Shown piece after piece: positions 62,801 to 64,000 of a stretch of DNA of 64,000 bases. A program made the translations under genes and the position numbers. Positions within the stretch are counted from its first letter, which is position 1, and every line of letters starts with the position of its first letter. Source of the DNA: Frankiales bacterium (GTDB taxonomy: Bacteria; Actinomycetota; Actinomycetes; Mycobacteriales; SCTD01). Below the pieces are notes generated by a model that saw only the letters and a program-made list of their open reading frames with translations, did no database searches and was not told where the DNA came from. The stretch lies in the NCBI GenBank assembly GCA_025465465.1, contig JAODND010000034.1, positions 8,099 to 72,098 of the forward strand, given 5' to 3'.

Positions 62801-63694
62801 GCTCGGTCCGACCGCGGCGGTGCTGCGGTTGTGGGCGGCGTCCTCCAGGACCACCGACAGGCTGTAGTCGCCCTCGGTGGCCGCACTCGCGGTGTAGGAG
62901 GTGTGGCTGCTGCAGGCGACTTCCGCGCCGGCACCGGCGGGCGACGTCAGGGTGCACAGGGCGGCGACGTCCTCCGGGTTGGCCCAGGTCCAGGTCGGCG
63001 AGGTGTCGTTGCCGATCCCGTTGGCGCCGGTGACCGTCGGCGCCGCCGGGGCGACCGTGTCGAGGACGTAGCTCGTGGTCGAGACGGGCGAGGTGTTGCC
63101 GGCCGGGTCGGTCGCGGTGACGGCGAGGTCGTGGCTGCCTTCGGTGAGGTCGGCTGAGGGCGTGAAGCCGGTGGTGCAGGAGACGTCCGGTCCGGCATCC
63201 AATGAGCAGGTTGCGGCCCCTGACGGGTCGACCGAGATGCCCCACGTCGGCCGGGGATCGTTGCCCGGCGAGGTCGGCGGGGTCACCGTGAGGCCGGCGA
63301 CGGTGTCCAGGGTGTAGGCCACCGTGGCGGGCGTCCCGTCGTCGGACAGCGACTTCTCCCGGACCGACAGCGTGTAGTCGCCGTCTGGGCCGAGGGCCGG
63401 TACTGCCCAGGGGCTGCTGCAGTCGGCGTAGGCGGGAGTCGGGTCGGAGGCCGGCGCGGCGGCGCACTCGTACTGCAGGCCGGCACCGGTGAACGTCACG
63501 AGCGGGCTGGGGTCGTTCGAGGTGACGGTCGCGGCCGGGCTCGAGATGTCCGGTGGGGGCGCGAGCGCGTGGGCTGGGGTGGCGAGCGCGACGACGCCGG
63601 TGGCCGCGACGCCGGAGCAGAGCAGCAGAGCAGCAGCGCTGCGCACCACACGCAGCTGCGGGGTGCGGAGCAGGCGTGCTGGCGCCATGCCCAT
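56837..63694 (-). CDS. giant (~2285 aa) type-I membrane-anchored surface protein built of 23 tandem Ig-like repeats
   Basis: ATG 63694 is preceded by AAGGAG at 5-nt spacing. Signal peptide ...AAALLLCSGVAATGVVALATPAHA. Repeats have the form Y(V/T)LDTTAPAAP...P.W.(F/W)...C.(L/V)...C(T/S)SP...DG.YTL.V.A.DAAGN. Near the C-terminus there is a TM segment (IPLVVLGVVIGFLLL) followed by a ~38-aa tail. Confidence 0.85.
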   Translation of the reverse strand: MGMAPARLLRTPQLRVVRSAAALLLCSGVAATGVVALATPAHALAPPPDISSPAATVTSNDPSPLVTFTGAGLQYECAAAPASDPTPAYADCSSPWAVPALGPDGDYTLSVREKSLSDDGTPATVAYTLDTVAGLTVTPPTSPGNDPRPTWGISVDPSGAATCSLDAGPDVSCTTGFTPSADLTEGSHDLAVTATDPAGNTSPVSTTSYVLDTVAPAAPTVTGANGIGNDTSPTWTWANPEDVAALCTLTSPAGAGAEVACSSHTSYTASAATEGDYSLSVVLEDAAHNRSTAAVGPSYTLDTTPSAAAVFGTPPTSPSTSTSVTWTFTEPGASTMCALVGSTHGTVSTAPCSSPATFTLPGDDSWQLVVTEDDGHGNTVATTSAAYLLDTTGPDAPDVSGPTGLANSATPHVTWMGELPSTAVCRWQRTVGSVVTDGTWVDCSARDFYPTLPGDGSYVFQAQLTDPLGNVGVVGTTSTPYLYDGTAPAPPALTTPSSPGNDTTPTVTFTPETPGGTATCTVYSGTSAPTSPTWTDCTSGSYTPALASDGTWTLAVRLSDAAGNTSAPTTFGYVLDTTAPTAVVISGPTGPSNNRTPTWSLVGDASDTITCQLLVGNPPSGGTAGGVSPCTTSYTADLTGLADGDYTLQVTAHDTAQNAAVTTWPYTLDTTAPTVPTVSGPTGAGNALAPSWTFPVQAGTTAQCRLVQGIAISAWSDCSSGRYTVASPSDGTYTVDVLVTDLAGNDAQIASSAPYTSDRTAPAAPAVAGPAGPGNTTAPTWTWTGEAGVTASCRLDRAGVVGSEVPCNSGSFSPALTGDASYVVVVQLTDAAGNVSPATTTSAYLLDTSAPAAPVVSGPTGTAQTTTATWSWTAEAGAASNCVLIRDGVPGAPAPCTSGTAVPLSSDGSYVLQVTVQDAAGNVSPAAQSAPYQLDTTAPAAPTVTTPSSPSAVRAPAFPFSAEPGAATQCRWRQGTTVVNDWSSCTTPYTADVSAMPDADYELDVRAIDAAGNTGAVGTSLAYRLDTTAPAAPVVAMPTGPSTGTSPTVSWTGEVGTSGSCVLVHDGVAAAAVSCSTPWQPTLVGDGSWDVSVKLTDSAGNQSGAGVAGPYVLDTTPPGAPVLTAPASPGRDTMPVWSATFTAGDTAECATSSGARVVADWAACTFPWTTDLRNQPDGTYTLTVRAVDEVGLTSAVVSATYTLDTTGPAAPVVTAPTSPSQTTGPVFGFTSEAGSSTRCTVTSGATVVSATAPCTSPVTVDLAGRADGAYTLAVDATDVAGNPGGTGSASYVLDRTAPAAPVATSTPASPSPSTSPSWGFTAEAGTTTTCTVTGASTGQVVSAPCTSPFAPTLSTDDTYTFTVTATDAAGNTGPALSETYVLDTTAPATPTLTPPSSPSQSTAPAWGVSTAEGTVQCQLTFGGTVLVDWTDCTSGFSTSLTGPDGTYTLTARTVDAAGNLSAVATSSYVLDRAAPVAATMLTPASPSKGLQPTWTVSDDEPGVTAVCTLNGPGGAVAAPVSCSAPPSGAPFGVDLTGLTDGSYTLTVQVSDAAGNKTSATSTAYVLDTTAPSAVVVTAPRTPAAARVVTWTLIGDTDSTLECAFQTDPASPPAFATCPGSANGQGSFTADLTSANDGTYVLIVRARDASGNLGPSVSSAYVLDTLAPAAPTGLRALTPSPSNAGSVTWSFAVEGGSTALCQLLSISGAVTAEQPCSSPLVTDLGQQPDGTYSLTVRAQDAAGNLGPLVTADYIVDRTAPGAPLITKTPGSPGPVVTPVWGVEVSEPGDLLECRLVGLPGSSWAPCAAPVTYDLAPATSGSYTLQARETDPAGNVSAPVSAPPYLLDSNAPVPPEVSPPLKSPGNSTSPVFRIAEGAGSKDIVGLTCSVTRFDGKPATASPCALGSNTVALVGMAPRSQGAVSLSVQGQDAAGNVSGTAMASYFFDSIPPAPAQIRPLAADVGTTPRVTWTFGEPSTALRSGSLTSGPLSAAGTSFRCQLTKGGVAPSDAASKSCRSPHTELLTQTGTWLLWVWAVDPAGNRATPVSSRYTFVSPVPAVTDLRTPASGPGTRPTWTFTVPPSYTAACLLSNAGEAVLAQASCSSGRFTADLSSQPHGLYFLTVQLINTRGDEGPFTRSTPYDYRASSVTPPTVVHHVGKPGTPSTGLPGVSTPPPVHPTQPPAGSGLVPAHQGTSGPVKRAVDRMLTVPTPGALITKEVPQAIGNTLAQVARKPTIPLVVLGVVIGFLLLQNRIDRRDPKLASAPVGAEPELDFGPVLHLGGGAPA
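57260..63565 (-). repeat. 23 tandem ~91-aa coding repeats (Ig-like, DTTAP...DAAGN type, two conserved Cys each)
   Basis: Counted from the translated ORF by the recurring (Y/F)x(L/V)D(T/R/S) boundary. The repeats have diverged at DNA level, so this is not a recent amplification. Confidence 0.8.
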
Positions 63695-63711
63695 TCGTGC
63701 TCCTTGCGTCG

Positions 63712-63745
63712 CCCAAGTCGCAGCAGGGTGCTTGGGTCCCTGCTG
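63712..63745 (-). other. interleaved helix pair (pseudoknot-like) in the 5' leader of the giant gene
   Basis: The mRNA sense reads CAGCAGGG-a-CCCAAG-ca-CCCTGCTG-cga-CTTGGG. An 8-bp and a 6-bp perfect complement are interleaved, ending 6 nt before the AAGGAG SD. Confidence 0.45.
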
Positions 63746-63902
63746 CGGCAGGACGTGCCGTCGCACGCCCTGAGGACTGCTTCGGCAGGGTCACCCGAAA
63801 AGGTGAGGGCTGATCGGCGGGAAATTCACTGCGCCGATCGTGCTGCCCGCAAGGCCGGATATGGTCCGAATGGACGCACCCGCCCCGTTGCCGGTCCTTC
63901 GG

Positions 63903-63974
63903 TGGAGCCACGGGGATTCGAACCCCGGACCTTCGCCTTGCAAAGGCGCTGCTCTACCACTGAGCTATGGCCCC
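63903..63974 (-). tRNA. tRNA-Ala (anticodon UGC)
   Basis: The reverse complement is GGGGCCATAGCTCAGTGGTAGAGCAGCGCCTTTGCAAGGCGAAGGTCCGGGGTTCGAATCCCCGTGGCTCCA. It has the G3:U70 identity pair, anticodon loop CTTTGCAAG and T-loop GGTTCGAATCC. Confidence 0.93.
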
Positions 63975-64000
63975 CGGTCGCTCAGCGCAGATCCACGTCT

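Noticed and set aside
57260-63565. Regular ~270-nt periodicity at DNA level, which could be mistaken for a CRISPR or satellite array.
   Set aside because: The periodicity is entirely explained by in-frame protein domain repeats within one continuous ORF. There is no short conserved direct repeat with unique spacers. No CRISPR array was seen anywhere in the window.

Overview
This is a high-GC (about 70% or more by eye) actinobacterial chromosome segment, densely coded on both strands. Stop/start overlaps such as GTGA, ATGA and TGATG are frequent. Many long 'shadow' ORFs lie antisense to real genes and are GC-skew artefacts.

Recognisable content:
- **Cell-division and Ser/Thr signalling cluster:** tRNA-Leu, fhaA, fhaB, pstP, rodA, pbpA, pknB. 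The neighbouring block holds trpG, a class E sortase, a DUF881 gene, crgA, a rhomboid protease and ppiA.
- **Contiguous phosphate super-cluster:** senX3-regX3, pstSCAB-phoU, a PhyH-family dioxygenase, and DUF47-pit. Phased 11-nt PHO-box-like repeats sit upstream of three of the units.
- **Other genes:** serS, larB-larC, arcA, bpa (GQYL tail), a WS/DGAT, redox and housekeeping enzymes, and three tRNAs (Ser-UGA, Leu-CAG, Ala-UGC).

Candidates for something new, strongest first:
1. A four-gene translationally coupled operon at 37391-39406. It encodes three paralogous, charge-poor, Cys-pair secreted proteins plus an ER/archaeal-type SipW-like signal peptidase. This is a possible TasA- or bundling-pilus-like fibre system. 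A tyrosine-recombinase remnant and a lower-GC islet lie between it and tRNA-Leu.
2. A surface protein of about 2285 aa built from 23 tandem Cys-pair Ig-like repeats. Its stop overlaps the start of a membrane GAF-GGDEF diguanylate cyclase, and its leader carries an interleaved (pseudoknot-like) helix pair.
3. A secreted LIP-family lipase with an LAxTG sorting signal that matches the class E sortase in the window.
4. An acyl-CoA ligase with histone-H1-like PAKKA repeats at both termini.

All functional calls come from reading motifs by eye. No database search was run.
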